From Camelus ferus (lineage: Eukaryota): DNA of 64,000 bases. The stretch covers positions 55,306,001 through 55,370,000 of the forward strand of contig NC_045697.1 of assembly GCF_009834535.1 (NCBI RefSeq). The letters run 5' to 3'. Positions 12,801-26,189 of this stretch are shown one piece after another. Both the position numbers and the translations under genes were made by a program. The notes beneath the pieces are model-generated. The model searched no databases, was not told where the DNA came from, and saw only the letters and a program-made list of their open reading frames with translations. Position 1 is the first letter of the stretch. Each line of letters starts with the position of its first letter.

Positions 12801-14826
12801 AGGGGAAATCCAAACATTTGTTCCCTGTTGGTAATACTCTCCTTTCATGTTACCAGAGTACTTCCTTCCATCATTCCTCTTCAGGCTTTCCAAAATTTAT
12901 ATGGGACAAGTGAATCTGAATCAGACCAGTTCAAATCAAAACCCAATTAAAATATTTTTATTTAGAGAAATTTTGTCTAACACTCTAATCAGTGAATAGT
13001 TTCATCAATCTTCTTGATGTTAGCAATTATGGCCATCTGTTTAGAGAATGCTTTTCTTTATTTAGTCAACTGTAAACTGAATTCTGAGAAAAGGACAAAT
13101 GATGACGTGTTTCAAGCCTCGCTTTATCATCAACATGATTCCGAAGAGTTCATATGTTTTGGTTTTTCACTCAGATTCTAATCCAGTTTGAGGTATGTGG
13201 TAACAGTGGATTAAAACTTTGATTTAAGAGAAGAGTTGAGTAGAAACAGTAGAGTTTAAAACCTGTTCAGCATCATGTAGTACTGGCCAGCATTTAGTCT
13301 ACCACGCTAAGAAAAAAAGCAAGGCACTAACATTTGCTAAAGAATTAGAAGACAGGCAGAGTCTCATGAATTTTCTCCTAAAAGAGCTGGATTCCATTTT
13401 TGTTCTGTAGCACTGTTCATTAGCATCTTTGAATTTTTCTTATTGCTGTGTAGCCAAACAATCCCACCACACCAAGCCAGAAAGAATTCAAATGCTGATG
13501 TATCTAGGTTCTTCAAAGTTTATTCCTGGCACGTTTTTGAACCTTAATTTCAGTCTTGTTTTCTACATGATGTCACATTTTCTTTGAAATATAAATCTAA
13601 ATGGCAACAAGGATTATTTGTGTAAAATGAGTTCCCACTGTGCAGGACCATCCCATAAACAATGCATAGGGTTCAGTAATGCAAGTTGAAAATCAGAATT
13701 GCATTTTAAAATGACTGCAGAATAACACAGACTAAAGCCAGTTCCTAGTATTTAATTAGATTTATTTGTATGAGATCTCAAGATTATTTCACTTGAGATA
13801 TTATTTTAGACTTTCTCCTACAGTGCAATGCTTACTGACACTATTTTCAGCTAACCACAGCATTTTGACTGAGGAGTAATTCTACCATTACTTTTCCATC
13901 ACATGGTATAACTGATAGGCTAAATTTTTCCAGCAAAGCATGTTAGATGTGTAAAAACATTTCAAAGCCAATAAATGCAGTTACTCGGGAAACATTATAA
14001 GGAAATGTCACACCATAACATTTACCTGCTATGTTTTATTCTTTAACCCTCAAGCACTTTTGTTGTTTCCCAAGCGGAGATTAGTAACTTAAAAAGCTTT
14101 TATTAAACATGTACAATCTAAATGAAGCACTCAACCAACTGTAAATTCTCTCAGTTAGACTTCCTGCAAATGACAAATGAGTGTGAATGTGCAATAAACC
14201 TCTGAATACCAGTGATTTAGGGCTAAGCGGAACTAGAGGATTTCTAGCAACAGATTGAATGCAATTGTGTGGTAAAAGGTAAGTAAAGTATGTGTCGGTT
14301 CCTTGTTTGCCCTTTCATTTCCCTAAATCAAGAGAGGATACTTGCAGTGCAGAATTTATATTAATGTGCTTTGAGCAACAACTTAGGGCACAGAAAAGAC
14401 AAAACAACTCATAGGTTAACAATTGCATTATTTCAAGGCACCAGATCTCAACTTCTTTTGAGCAATAGAAGAATTACTTGCAGATAAGAAAAATTCATCC
14501 AAAGTGTCATTTATTTGCTTTTGTTTGTATGGAGGAACAATTTACGGTATTTCTTTACAGACCATAATTGACTTGCTTTAGACTCTCTGATAGAAGCTTA
14601 GTGTATGTAATGGAATTGCTTTGGTCCATATTAGCAATTTTTAAATTTGATGGTGACAGCCACACCTATCTGCTTAAATATGTTATTTGACATTTATATT
14701 TATTTTCTGGAATTTTATATTTAATCTGTGAAGTTTGTAGATCAATGATACACAGTATTTGCCTTTTAAATAGGAAGGGCACAGTATTAAATTTTAAAAT
14801 TGTTATATTTTATTTTGTCATCTTTA

Positions 14827-14881
14827 TAGGCATATGTCATTTTATTACACTTTGTTTTATGGCACTTTGCAGATACTGCAT

Positions 14882-14918
<37 letters not shown>

Positions 14919-15168
14919 TGAAGTATTGTGGCAACCCTGCCTTATAAGATGATGGTTAGAATTCTTAGCAATAAATAATTTTTTTAATTAAAGTATGTAC
15001 ATTGTGTAGACATAATGCTATCACACACTTAATAGACTACAGTATAGTGTAAACATAGCTTTTACATCCACTGGGAAACCAGAAAATTCACATGCCTTGC
15101 TTTATTGTGTTACTCATTTTATTATGGTGATTTGTAATGAAACCTGCAATATCTCTGAAGTATGCCTG
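14827..15168 (+). mobile_element. Internally deleted Tigger1-derived non-autonomous element (TcMar-Tigger) with an expanded poly-T
   Basis: TIR-like ends tAGGCATAtgTC / GAAGTATGCCTG flanked by TA on both sides. Contains the Tigger1 5' text 'ttacaaattgaagtattgtggcaaccctgc' and 3' text 'aatagactacagtatagtgtaaacata'. Confidence 0.88.
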
Positions 15169-15310
15169 TATTCATCTTTAAAATTAAATACAGCTTAGGA
15201 AGCCAAATCTTGATCATTTATATATACACGTATCGTGTCAAGTTATGTGGTAATAGTGAGCAACCCCACATCTATGCCACTAAACAAGTTTCATTCTTGT
15301 TAAACATCTG

Positions 15311-16130
15311 TTAAAAGATAAACTGAGGTTTATTACAATTTTTAAGAGTTTGAGCAAAAATTGATTCTAATCCAGCAGCACCAAACTGGAAGTGGTTAAG
15401 AGCACTCCTCTGACAGGAACAAGGGGAAAGACTTTTATAAATAAGATGTGGAAGTAAAACCAGGAAATTATTTGACTGGCAATAGCTTGAGCATTTGCCT
15501 TATTTAGAAAAGCCTAGTTGGCTGTCTGTGATTGGTTGTTCTTAGGTTTTGACTTCTTTTTTTTTTCTTAAACATTTTTTTTACTGAGTTATAGTCATTT
15601 TACAATGTTGTGTCAAATTCCAGCATAGAGCACAATTTTTCAATTATACATGAACATACATACATTCATTGTCACATTCTCTTTTGCTGTGAGCTGCCAC
15701 AAGATCCTGTATATATTTCCCTGTGCTACACAGTACAATCTTGTTTATCTATTCTACATTTTGAAATCCCAGTCTGTCCCTTCCCACCCCCTGACCCCCT
15801 GGCAACCACAAGTTTGTATTCTATGTCTATGAGTCTGTTTCTGTTTTGTATTTATGGGGTTTTTTGTTTTTGTTTTTTGTTTTTTTTTAGATTCTGCATG
15901 TGAGTGATCTCATATGGTATTTTTCTTTCTCTTTCTGGCTTACTTCACTTAGAATGACATTCTCTAGGAACATCCATGTTGCTGCAAATGGCGTTATGTT
16001 GTTGGTTTTTATGGCTGAATAGTATTCCATTGTATAATTTTTTAGGCTTAGGCTTTGGTTTACTTACGTAGATTGCCAAGGCTCTAAAGCCACCTCAGTC
16101 TAATGTCCTCTGTATTTAGTTAATGTAACA
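15311..16130 (-). mobile_element. ERV1 LTR (MER51/MER57-like), split by an L1 insertion
   Basis: Runs 'gttaaaagataaactgagg...ttggctgtctgtgattgg' then 'ttaggctttggtttacttacg...ttaatgtaaca'. No clear TSD. Confidence 0.65.
15557..16036 (-). mobile_element. 5'-truncated young L1 3' end (camelid type)
   Basis: Poly-T followed by L1 3' UTR 'ttatagtcattttacaatgttgtgtcaaattcc...tggcttacttcacttagaatgac...gctgaatagtattccattgt'. Confidence 0.88.
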
Positions 16131-16240
16131 ATTGTCCTTCATGCTACTTGTCCATTAATAGACAGCAGCTAGGGAATTCAAACACGATCACTTAAGGACC
16201 AAGGCTGATTGGGTAACCACCACCTTAAAAGTTGGTTATT

Positions 16241-16497
16241 TCCTCCACTGTATACTCTTGCCTCCTTTCTAGAAAGTGGGGGAAAGGATAAATTAAGAGT
16301 TAGGGAATTAGCAGATACAAACTACTACATATAAAATAGACAAACAACAAGGTCCTACAGTATAGCACAGGGAACTATATTCAATATCTTGTAATAACCT
16401 ATAATGAAAAATAATATATATGTATAACTGAATCACTATGCTGTACACCTGGTAGCACAACCTTATAACTAGACTATACTTCAATAAAAAAAAAAAA
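16241..16497 (+). mobile_element. Short L1 3' end with poly-A and an inverted 5' stub; TSD aaaagttggt(t/c)att
   Basis: 'caaggtcctacagtatagcacagggaactatattcaatatcttgtaataacc...ttcaataaaaaaa'. TSD copies at 16227-16240 and 16494-16507, at a TT/AAAA site. Confidence 0.88.
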
Positions 16498-16878
16498 GTT
16501 GGTCATTGTTTCAGAAGGAAAGTAAGCTATGGCTGTTCTCGTCCAAAGGTAATACATGTTATATTCACTTTAACAAAGTAGCTGGTTTCATTTGTTTTCA
16601 GTTTCCAGAAAGCAGGTGAAAATTTTCAGAATGCTACTTTATTTTATAGTTTTTTCTTAGCACAATTTTTAAATAAATTAAAATTGGCATTGTGCTATTA
16701 AATGCAAACATAAGGGCTGCCAAAATTGGATACACAGTAAATTATACATATGTTTATATAGTGGCAATCATAGATTGTTATGTAGTGAGGCTGTATCAGT
16801 TTGCTGGTACTAAAATAACACTTAACTACAAAAATTTACCAGGCTTAATGACATTTAAAACTAAACAACAAGCTAATA

Positions 16879-17209
16879 CAGGGGTTGGTAAACTAGAGCT
16901 TGATGGCCAGATGAGGCTTTCAACCTATTGTTGTGCATCTCATGAGTTAAGGATGGTTTCTGTAGTTTGAAATGTTTGAAAAAAATTTAAGAAAAATTTT
17001 GTGGCACAACAAAACAACATGAAATTCAAATTTCAGTCTCCAGGAGTAAAGTTTCATTAGAATAAGCCATAGCTATTGGTTTATGTTATCTACAGCTACT
17101 TTTCTGATAAGGTGGCAGAGTTGATAGCTGGTATAGAGATTGTATGGCCCTAAAGATGAAACTGTTTGTAGTCTTTTCCTTTATATGAAACAAAGTTCTC
17201 TAGACCCTG
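16879..17209. mobile_element. MER58B-like hAT-Charlie element
   Basis: Termini 'caggggttggtaaact' and 'agttctctagaccctg'. The 8-bp flanks agctaata/aactaaaa match at 6 of 8 positions. Confidence 0.8.
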
Positions 17210-17689
17210 AACTAAAACGTTAGTCCATTTAGCTTGAGCTTGCCTGGAATGGCTCAACTCCACACGTCTCTCATCCTTCCCTTGAAGTTAGTGGGCATGT
17301 TCCTCTCATTGGAATGATGACAAGCAAGAGGGAGAGAGGGGAATATATACATATGGAGTGAAGAAATTCTGGGATGCACATAGACGGAAAATTTTGGCAA
17401 TGAGAAAATTTGAAATAACTTATGCCTGACAGAGTTCGTATCAAAGGTGCCTCCCAAAATAGATCATCTCCTAAAATAGCTATCATTTTTTGAATGATTA
17501 ATATGTGACAGACACCTTGAATGTATATTTTGTTTAATTCTAGGCACTTCAATTCATCTTTTATAAAGGAGAAAATGGGTATGAGCTGTATTAGACAATT
17601 TCCACATTTTTTATAGCTAATGAAGTGATGCAATAAGGATTAGAGCTTCTGTTATGTCTACAGTATGCATGACCATGTGTTCTAGGGGG

Positions 17690-17792
17690 CACAGCAGAGT
17701 TCTAGTTTTTGTGTATTGCCAGCCTAATGATCAATAGTTCCTCTTTTGTTCTCAAAATTGTCTGATTTTGGTGATAAATTAGATGGTCACTT
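17690..17792. mobile_element. Possible MER81/MER94-like hAT-Blackjack fragment
   Basis: Ends 'ctcaaaattgtctgattttggtgataaattagatggtcac'. Confidence 0.45.
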
Positions 17793-18026
17793 TGGTCTGA
17801 AGCCAACTCTCTGAATGGCATCTCCTTGAATTAAACTAGAACAGGAAATTGAATGTAAAAGCCCTGCATAACCTACTGACTGTCCTTTGTCCTTAGCCAA
17901 AATGTATTTATAAAACACTGATTTCTAGAAATAAAATCTCTCTTGCTTAGGGTTTCAACTCTTTATTTCCATAATTGGAAGTGAGGAGACTTTTACCACA
18001 CTGATCAGGTAGCACTGTAGGAATCA

Positions 18027-19320
18027 TTTCTTTCTTTCTTTTTGTTTTTTCAATTGAAGTATAGTCAGTTAACAATGCTGTGTCAATTTCTGGTGTATAG
18101 CATAATGCTCCAGTCATACATGTACATACAAATATTATTTTTCATTATAGGTTACTACAAGATACTGAATATAATTCCTTGTGCTATACAGTATAAACTT
18201 GTTATTTATCTATTTTATATATAGTAGTTAGATCTGCAAATCTTGAACCCTCAATTTACCCCTTTCCACCCTCTTCCCCACTGGTAACCATAAGTTTGTA
18301 ATCTGTGTCTGTGAGTTTGTTTCTATTTTGTAAATAAGTTTGTTTCTCTCCTCTCTCTCTCTTTTTTTTTTTTTAATTCCACATATAAGTGATAATCACA
18401 TGGTATTTTTCATTCTCTTTCTGGCTTACCTCAGAATGACAGTCTCCAAGTCCATCCATGTTATAAATGGCATTACTTTGTTTTTTATGGCTGAGTTGTA
18501 TTCCAATGTATAAATATACCACACCTTCTTTATCCAGTCCTCTGTCAATGGACATTTAGATTGTTTCCATGCCTTGGCTATTGTAAATAGTGCTGCTGTG
18601 AACACTGGGGTGCATGTTTATTTTTCAATTAAAATTCCCTCTGGATATATGCCCAGGACTGGGATTGCTGGATCATACGGTAAGTCTATTTTTAGCTTTT
18701 TGAGGAATCTCCGTACTGTTTTCCACAACAGCTGCACCAAACTACATTCCCACCAACAGTGTAGGAGGGTTCCCTTTTCTCTACACCCTCTCTAGCATTT
18801 ATCATTTGTGGACTTTTTAAGGTGGCCCTTCTGACTGGTGTGAGGTGATACCTCATTGTAGTTTTGATTTGCATATCTCTGATAATTAGTGATACTGAGC
18901 ATTTTTTCATGTGTCCATTGACCATTTGTATGTCTTCACTGGAGATTTACTTGTTTAGGTCTTCTGCCCATTTTTGGATTCTTTGTTTTTTTGTTATTCA
19001 GTTGTATGAGCTGTTTACATATTCTGGAAATTAAGCCCTTGTCAGTCTCATCTTTTGCAAATATTTTCTCCCATTCCGTAGGTTGTCTTTTTGCTTTTGA
19101 TTTCCTTTGCTGTGCAAAAGCTTATAAGCTTAATTAGGTCCCATTTGTTTATTTTGCTTTTATTTCTATTGCCTGGGTAGACTGCCCTTAGGAGAACATT
19201 GCTGAAACTTATGTCAGATAATGTTTTGCCTATGTTTTCTTCTAGGAGGTTTATAGTGTCTTACCATTTAAGTCTTCAAAGCCATTTTGAGTTTATTTTT
19301 GTGTATGGCGTGAGGGAGTG
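18027..19320 (-). mobile_element. 5'-truncated L1 (about 1.3 kb): 3' UTR plus ORF2 C-terminus
   Basis: ORF 18692-18925 '[28 protein letters not shown]' and ORF 19276 'SLTPYTKINSKW' are L1 ORF2 motifs. T-rich tail at about 18027-18050. Confidence 0.95.
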
Positions 19321-19846
19321 AGTTACCTGACATACTTGAAATGTTTCATCCACTCCCGTAATTTGGATATGATCATTCTTGTATTTCAAAGAATATTTTT
19401 GATATACGTGATTATGTGTGTGTGTTTTGACATTTTGAAAGTTTGTTATATGTGGTTTACACAGTATACTCTCAGTCATAGAAAATAATTTTGGAAGATT
19501 TTCATGCCAAAGCTGATTTTGACCATTACCTGTGTTGCTCTCTTATTTCTCCGCATGACTCAAAAGGGATATTTATGACCAGATTTGTAGTTGTGACTAA
19601 ATATTGTTTAATGGCAGGCTGTGAAAAATATGGGTTTTGTTTACTTAACTTTTAGTACTATAAGGTAGAGTTGAATTATTTACTAATTTTAAATGTTTGA
19701 TGAATTAGTCCTTAAGTTTAACAGTTTACAAAATAACAGACGTAGAAATTCCACTACTTAATTTGTCTTCTTGAATGTATTGTCAGTGTTAGTTTCTCTG
19801 GCCCGAAACCTACTCATATACAGAGGCTATTTCTCAATTAACATTT

Positions 19847-19877
19847 ACTGACTGACTGACTGACTGACTGACTGACT
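19847..19877. repeat. (ACTG)7.75 perfect tetranucleotide microsatellite
   Basis: Direct reading. Confidence 0.95.
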
Positions 19878-20949
19878 TAATGCACAGACTTGGTGCACTT
19901 AGAAGGCAAATTTGAGCTCTATTATTTTATTAGAATTCAGTGATAAATTGGTTCATATATAATATTTTGTACCAACTTTTTGAACAGGAAATTTTTCTAA
20001 TAAAACCATGGTGATAGAGTATATAGGTTAACTTAAGCAAACAGAGGATTATAGACAATAAACAGTGACAATAAGAGTTCTTTATAAAAAATCTCTACTG
20101 GATGCTGCACAGAAAAATACCAGGTTCTATTATTTTTTAATAAAACACTTGTATATCATACTTAATAAAGTTTTTAGCTTAGCGATCATGGCTAATAAGG
20201 CATGTAAATTTGGAAACACAGCTAAATATGACTTTGAAAAACTTTTCTTCCCCTTTGGATTATGTATTAGAATAGCCACTCAACAATATGGGACTATGAT
20301 CTTGAAAGCTCCCATGGTTGGAAAATCTTGAGTTTAAGAACAGATCTTATGCTAAAAATAGGAATGGGAGGACTATGTATGTGTGTACTTTTCTTAAAAC
20401 ATGCACCAGAAAATACAACAGGGGAAAGGCTATTTCTGTGTATCTAGTGGATTGTTCTTTTTTCCCCAATCACAGGACAATGTATTCTCCAATATCTTAC
20501 ATTCTGCTTTCTTAATCATAAAGTAATAATGGGGAAGAATATAGTATGTTCTTTTTGATAAAAGGAATTTCTGATGTGAAAACAGATTCTTACTGGATAA
20601 AACATGCTTGTGATACAGTGTTTGTATAACCCTGGGTAGCATCCCTCAAGCAGCCACCTTCTTGTTGTAATAGTTCGGGGGGTTAGTGCTGTTTAAATTG
20701 TAACCTTCAACATGATTAGATAACAATTGCAAAACCTTTGAAATGGCCATTAAGAAAAGATAAAACTATGCCCCTCTTTACTAGAATGAGGCTAGGACAG
20801 GTAATGAGTTTTAGATATGGCTCTTTTTTGTTATCTTCAGATTATTTTGCCATTTTTCTTTTGAGCCACTGCTAGAAAGGGATTGTCAAAATGTCACCAT
20901 GTGAGGATACTCATGTCTCTTACAAAATTAGTTTTATCATGTTTTTCTG

Positions 20950-21033
20950 TGTGCAGGGCTTTAGGGGTGGTATTTGTTTAAAGTTCCCTAGGTGATTACA
21001 GGTTGAAACCAGGGTGGAGAACCACTGAGCTAG
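20950..21033. mobile_element. MER5-like hAT-Charlie fragment
   Basis: 'aagttccctaggtgatt...ccagggtggagaaccactgagctag'. Confidence 0.6.
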
Positions 21034-22004
21034 AGCTCTAATGGAGAGCATTAGTTTCCTCAGTCTCTAACTACCCCTTCCAAACAGGATGATAGAACTA
21101 ACTTTGCAGTCTAAGTCCTTGAGAGAGAGAGGTATAATAGAGAGGAGTGATGCAGCTGTCCGGGTAGTCTCTTTTAGGATGGATGTGGTGGAGAACACTG
21201 CAGTTAGGACTCTTGGACCATGGCTTGCTTTCTTTTCAAGTCCTGAGCCTTGGTGAGACCAGGGTTAGTGCTGGATAAAGAGGAGCCAGAAGGAGCCAGA
21301 ACAGAGAGCAGTATTGAGAGGGAGGATATCTCAAAAACCTCCCTGTTTGGTTTTGTTTTCCCAGTTCAGAAATAATTGAATTCATGGCAAAGAGAGAGAG
21401 TGAGAGTTTGAAGATACTCGAGAGAGGTTTTTTCTTTCTTTTGAGAAAAAAGTACCCTGCAAAAGATGAAAGCAATTCCAAATTAATTACTTCATTTATT
21501 AAGCATGCATTTAATGACTGCCACAACTGCTGTGCAACCCAAAGACATGAATCAGACACTTACACTTTATTAGAGAAGATAAAGTTTGAACATAAGTAGC
21601 TTTAATGCTAAAAAGAACATATTGTTAGCAAACTATTACTTAAATTTTGTCTGTTTTTATCTAAGTGCTATTAATATTTTAAATATTTCCCTAACAGTCA
21701 GAATTTAAGAACATACAGACCTGTCTCAACCGTATTCTCCAACATCAGTTTCAAACAAGAAGAGAAAAGGCACAGTAATACCCAATTTTCCATTAAAAAA
21801 ATAACAAAAAAACCCCAACACTTTGATACCTGAGTCAAAAAACAGAAGCATTTTGTTTTCAGTCCTTTGTAGAATAACCACAGCAAAAGCCTTAAAAGTA
21901 GGTAATAAGTAATATAGAATTCTTATAATATTTAATTTGATAACCAGTTTTATAATATTCACTGAGCATAAAATAGAGAGTTCAGATCAACAAAATGATA
22001 GTTT

Positions 22005-22150
22005 TCTAGAATTTTAACACTCCAAAAAACTTAGAAAATATTTAGTTAGACTCTCATTTTTTATTTGTGGAAACTGAAACCCTGAGAAATTGACTTTTAT
22101 ATCAAAATCCATTTTTGACACTGTCTAAAAACTTGGTGTTTTAACACTCA
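22005..22150. mobile_element. MIR fragment
   Basis: 'ctctcattttttatttgtggaaactgaaaccctgaga' MIR core. Confidence 0.5.
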
Positions 22151-23929
22151 ATTTTATTTTTTTTAATTATCTCATTAAAATTATTTAAAAAAAAACTACA
22201 CAAGAAAGACCATTATTATTTATTTGAAAGACCATAGATTATTTATTATCTCAGTATTTTTTCATAAAAAAATGTCAGATAGAAACATGTTTCTCAAAAC
22301 CTCAACATAAAAATTGACATTTAAAAAAGTAAGTATACTTAAGGGGAAATTCTGGAATGTGCAATTAGGATTTTTAGAAAAGCTTATCAAAAAGACTAAA
22401 ATTCATTAATAATTTATTAGTGATTAGGAATATAAAACACAAACTGTTCAAAATATTTTAACCATAAAGAGCCACTACTGCTTTAGACTGAAAACATAGC
22501 AGTGTACCTCATAAAATTTTCATAGTAATAATATAAATATAGCTATAAAAATAAAGTTAAAAATAATGTAATATCGTTTTAGTTAATTTAAATCCTCAGG
22601 GAGGTTTTATAAGCCCTTTCTATAAAATAAGAAAAATGGGTGGGTAGCATTGCAATATAGTATATTCATGGAAATGACAGAGGGAGACAAAAATAGATAT
22701 ACCCCAAATCATACACAAACAAAACCAAATCTCCAACAATATTAAGAGTAAGCCTCATTCGTCATATAAAATGGATTAGTTTTAAATAGATGTATTAAGT
22801 AGGTTGGTATAATTTGAAATTGCCTGATTTCTGTGAGGCAGAACTTGGAAAAGGTTTGGTAAAAGGATTTTAGAGAGAGAGCATGAGACAAAGCCAAATT
22901 AATCATTGTTTCCCAAATCTAGCAGATGATACATTGAAAAATTATGTCCAAATTAACCTTTATAGATGTATAGTAATTATCATATGCAGATTTTTATATT
23001 TACCTGACTAAAAGTCTAGAGTAAGGTGAGATGAACACCAACTCTAGTATGCATTATTTGTCTCCATTTGGAAAGACATATGGAAGAAGAGAAGCTATTT
23101 CATAAAACAAAGGCTTTCTTTTTATATTTAGAGGTGAAATAAAGTAAATTTATGTTGTGTCAAGTCATTTTAGACAAAGTATACCAGGAAAAAAGAGAAG
23201 GCAAAATGATTGCTTCACAGATGCTTGCAGTTCACATGAAGTACCAAGACTGTGTGAGAGACATACTGAAAATCACCCTGAGATCTGTTAAATGTTTTTT
23301 GCTAGTATATTAAAAATAAATAAAAACCTGTCAAGAATGCTTGACTCGGCGTGGAACTCTGATACTCACGATCCTCCTGCTGAGTTTAAACATCACTCTG
23401 TATTTCTGAGATGTTCAGTTATTGTATAAGCAGCACATTAATAGAAATACTTCATTTCTTTAACCATTCAGCTTTTGTGCCTATAACCTTAACATTTTTT
23501 AAGTCATAAAGAAAAGAATGTTTTAGGAGTAAAATCCAAGGGTTCTTTCTAAAGATAAATAAATCTAATAGTATGTTTATTATCTATATATTACAACAAC
23601 ATACAAAATGACACCATATGAATAGGTAGGTTTCTCAAAGCCCATCTTTCAGGAAAAGATTAAGTAAAAAAAAAAATTAATGTAATTTATTTCTTAAAGC
23701 AATAACAAACTAGAAATCTAAAAAGCAATTGAAAGTAAGTCTTAAGTAATTAACTCCATTCCATCCCTTTTTGTGAAATAGTTCTGGCTCATTCAAATCT
23801 CCTGAAAATGTTGAATAAACTTTATTTGGGAATTTTAAAAGAATTAACTTTTAAGATAGTCATAGAATGCTTTATTTTTGCATAAATCTAATTTGACTTC
23901 AAAGTGTATTAAATTCACGATTTCAATAA

Positions 23930-25200
23930 TATTTTATTGATTTATATTATAAAAATTTATTTTGTTGCTATTTTTCCATTTTTAGCATTACAATTTAAAG
24001 TTACTTAAGCAAATCTGAATATTGGATTTGAAGTAGATACTCTAGATTTTAGTGAATGCTTTTGTTATTTCTCTTAATTCTTACTTCATCTGGATCAGTT
24101 CCTTACTCTTTCTTGTCATTTATGACATGGATTTTTTAAGATCCAGACCTTTCTTTATATAGAAATACATATTTTTGAAACGAAAATTGTAAGTTTATAA
24201 TAGTACTTCTAAATCAAATTTAATATTTCAAGAATTAAAGTACATTTATTTGGTCTTCATCTTGTTTCTTTTTACTGAAAATTTTGATTCATGACAGCAT
24301 TAACAATTACTTATTTGGATTATTCTACATAATAAATTAGTTTAAAATAGTAATGCTAATCATACTCTAACACTTAGACTACTAAACGATATTTACTATT
24401 TCCTTGCACTTCTAATTTATTTAAAGTCACTTCAAATAATGTAGTTTCTCTATGCGGCTATGTCACTGCCTAGATATATGGTTGGGTTTCTTTGTTTCCT
24501 TTTAATTTGGTGGAAGGACTTGCTTCTTTAAGACTAAATTTCCTTTGTGAACATGTAAAATAATTTTATTTTCTAAACCAAAGCTATGTAACAAGATACA
24601 TTCTGAGGAGACACCCCTCCATTATTGCTTCTTCACCCCTGTTCTTTCCCTTCCCCTATAGATAGCCATTTTTGTTAATTTGTAAGTTGAGTAATGTTTT
24701 TTGCTTTTACTTCTTTATTTCATAGTTCCCATTTGATTAAGGCATGGTTAGCTTGGGATTTAATATGAGCTATCAGTTTGGTATTAGCCCGAGTTGGTGC
24801 AGAAACGGTCAGAATGAGGCCCCTGTAGATTCAAGATAAAAAGTCTTAGTCTTAGTCTTAGTCTTAGTCTTAGATAAAAAGTCTTAGTCCATATTGACCA
24901 GAATGTTTTTTTTTTCCTTTATCCTCTGGCTGCTTTGCCACCAGTTTGTTCTCAATTGGTTGAGTGGCTTTTTGCTTCTTTTCTTTGTGAGTCCTAGTTG
25001 CTTCTCCTGGAGTGTGCTTACTCTGTTTCTGTTATAGATGACATTCATAAGAAGGGGCAATTGATACTTGTGGACACATTTTTTTTTTTCCATACTGATG
25101 TCAACAACTTCCTGGTCTTGTATTATTCTAGTGAAAAATCTGACATTTGAACTTCAGACTATCAATTTGTAACTTTTCATTTCTTGAATTTTAATTCTCC
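23930..25200 (-). mobile_element. Highly decayed old L1 (L1MC/L1ME-like) fragments
   Basis: T-rich antisense L1-like text, e.g. 'tcttgtattattctagtgaaaaatctgac'; boundaries vague. Confidence 0.4.
24834..24889. repeat. (AGTCTT)5 hexamer array bracketed by an 18-bp direct repeat
   Basis: agataaaaagtcttagtc at 24834-24851 and 24872-24889; hexamers at 24842-24871. Confidence 0.92.
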
Positions 25201-25421
25201 CAAGTAAAATATATATATTTTATATATATATAACTGAAATCATTTGAAGCAACGGATGTTGTAGAGAAAGTGGTATCCCTTTGACGGGGAATCTGACTGA
25301 ACAAAATAGCTTTGTGAGCCCATTTACTGTGTGAGGGCAGCCCCTGGAGTTGGACTTCACCTTTCTGTGTTCCTCACCATTGATCCTGATAGTACCTTAT
25401 AGACAAATTCCTCTTAGTGTG

Positions 25422-25897
25422 TGTGTTAGTCATGGTTCTCCAGAGAAATAGAACTAATAGATATGAAGATATTTAGTATGAGGAATTGGCTAATCCATTT
25501 ATGAAGTTCAAGAAGTCCCATGATCTGTCATCTGCAAGACAGAAACCCAGAGAAGCCAGTGGTATAATTCCAATCCAGTTCCAAAGGCCTAAAAACCAGT
25601 GGGGCTGATGGTGTAAATCTCAGTCCAAGGGCAAGAGAAGATGGATATCCTAGCTCAAACAGGCAGGAAGACAACAACAAATGGTGAATTCGTCTTTCAT
25701 GCAGCTTTTTGTTCCATTCAGGCCCTCCAGGATTGGATGATGTCCACACACAGTGGAAAGGGTAATCTATTTTACTGAGTCCACTCATTTAAATGCTAAC
25801 CTCACCCAGAAACACCCTCTCAGACATACCCCAAAATAGCAGTTAATCTAGACACCCATTTATCTAGTTAAGTTGACATGTAAAATTAACCATCGCA
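25422..25897 (-). mobile_element. MLT2 (ERVL) solo LTR, inserted in an L2 fragment
   Basis: Runs 'tgtgttagtcatggttctccagagaaatagaac...gaagtcccatgatctgtcatctgcaag...aagttgacatgtaaaattaaccatcgca'. Confidence 0.9.
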
Positions 25898-26189
25898 ATG
25901 TATCTGTTTCCCTACTAAAAACAGCCTCGTGAATGCAGGACCTTATTCAGTGTTCCTAGTTCTATCCCAAGCACCTAGCACACTGCCAGAGTCACTCTTT
26001 TTCATACAGTGAGCTCCTTCCCACTGAAATTCAACTGCTTTCTTGGGAGTGAGAAGGTGTTTCATATACAAACTCCTTATCAAGAGGTATGCAGATTGAC
26101 AAGGTAACCTTTACAACAAAAATACAAGAGAAACTATGTTACTTAGAAATGAAGCATTTTATCTTATATACCCAATGCATCATTAGATA

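Noticed and set aside
21697..21775. Possible + strand coding exon (ccctaacag|TCAGAATTT...CACA|GTAATA)
   Set aside because: The donor is weak and neither open frame gives a peptide I recognise.
23428..23445. 'agcagcacattaat', resembling miR-15/16
   Set aside because: Only a short seed-like match with no complementary arm.
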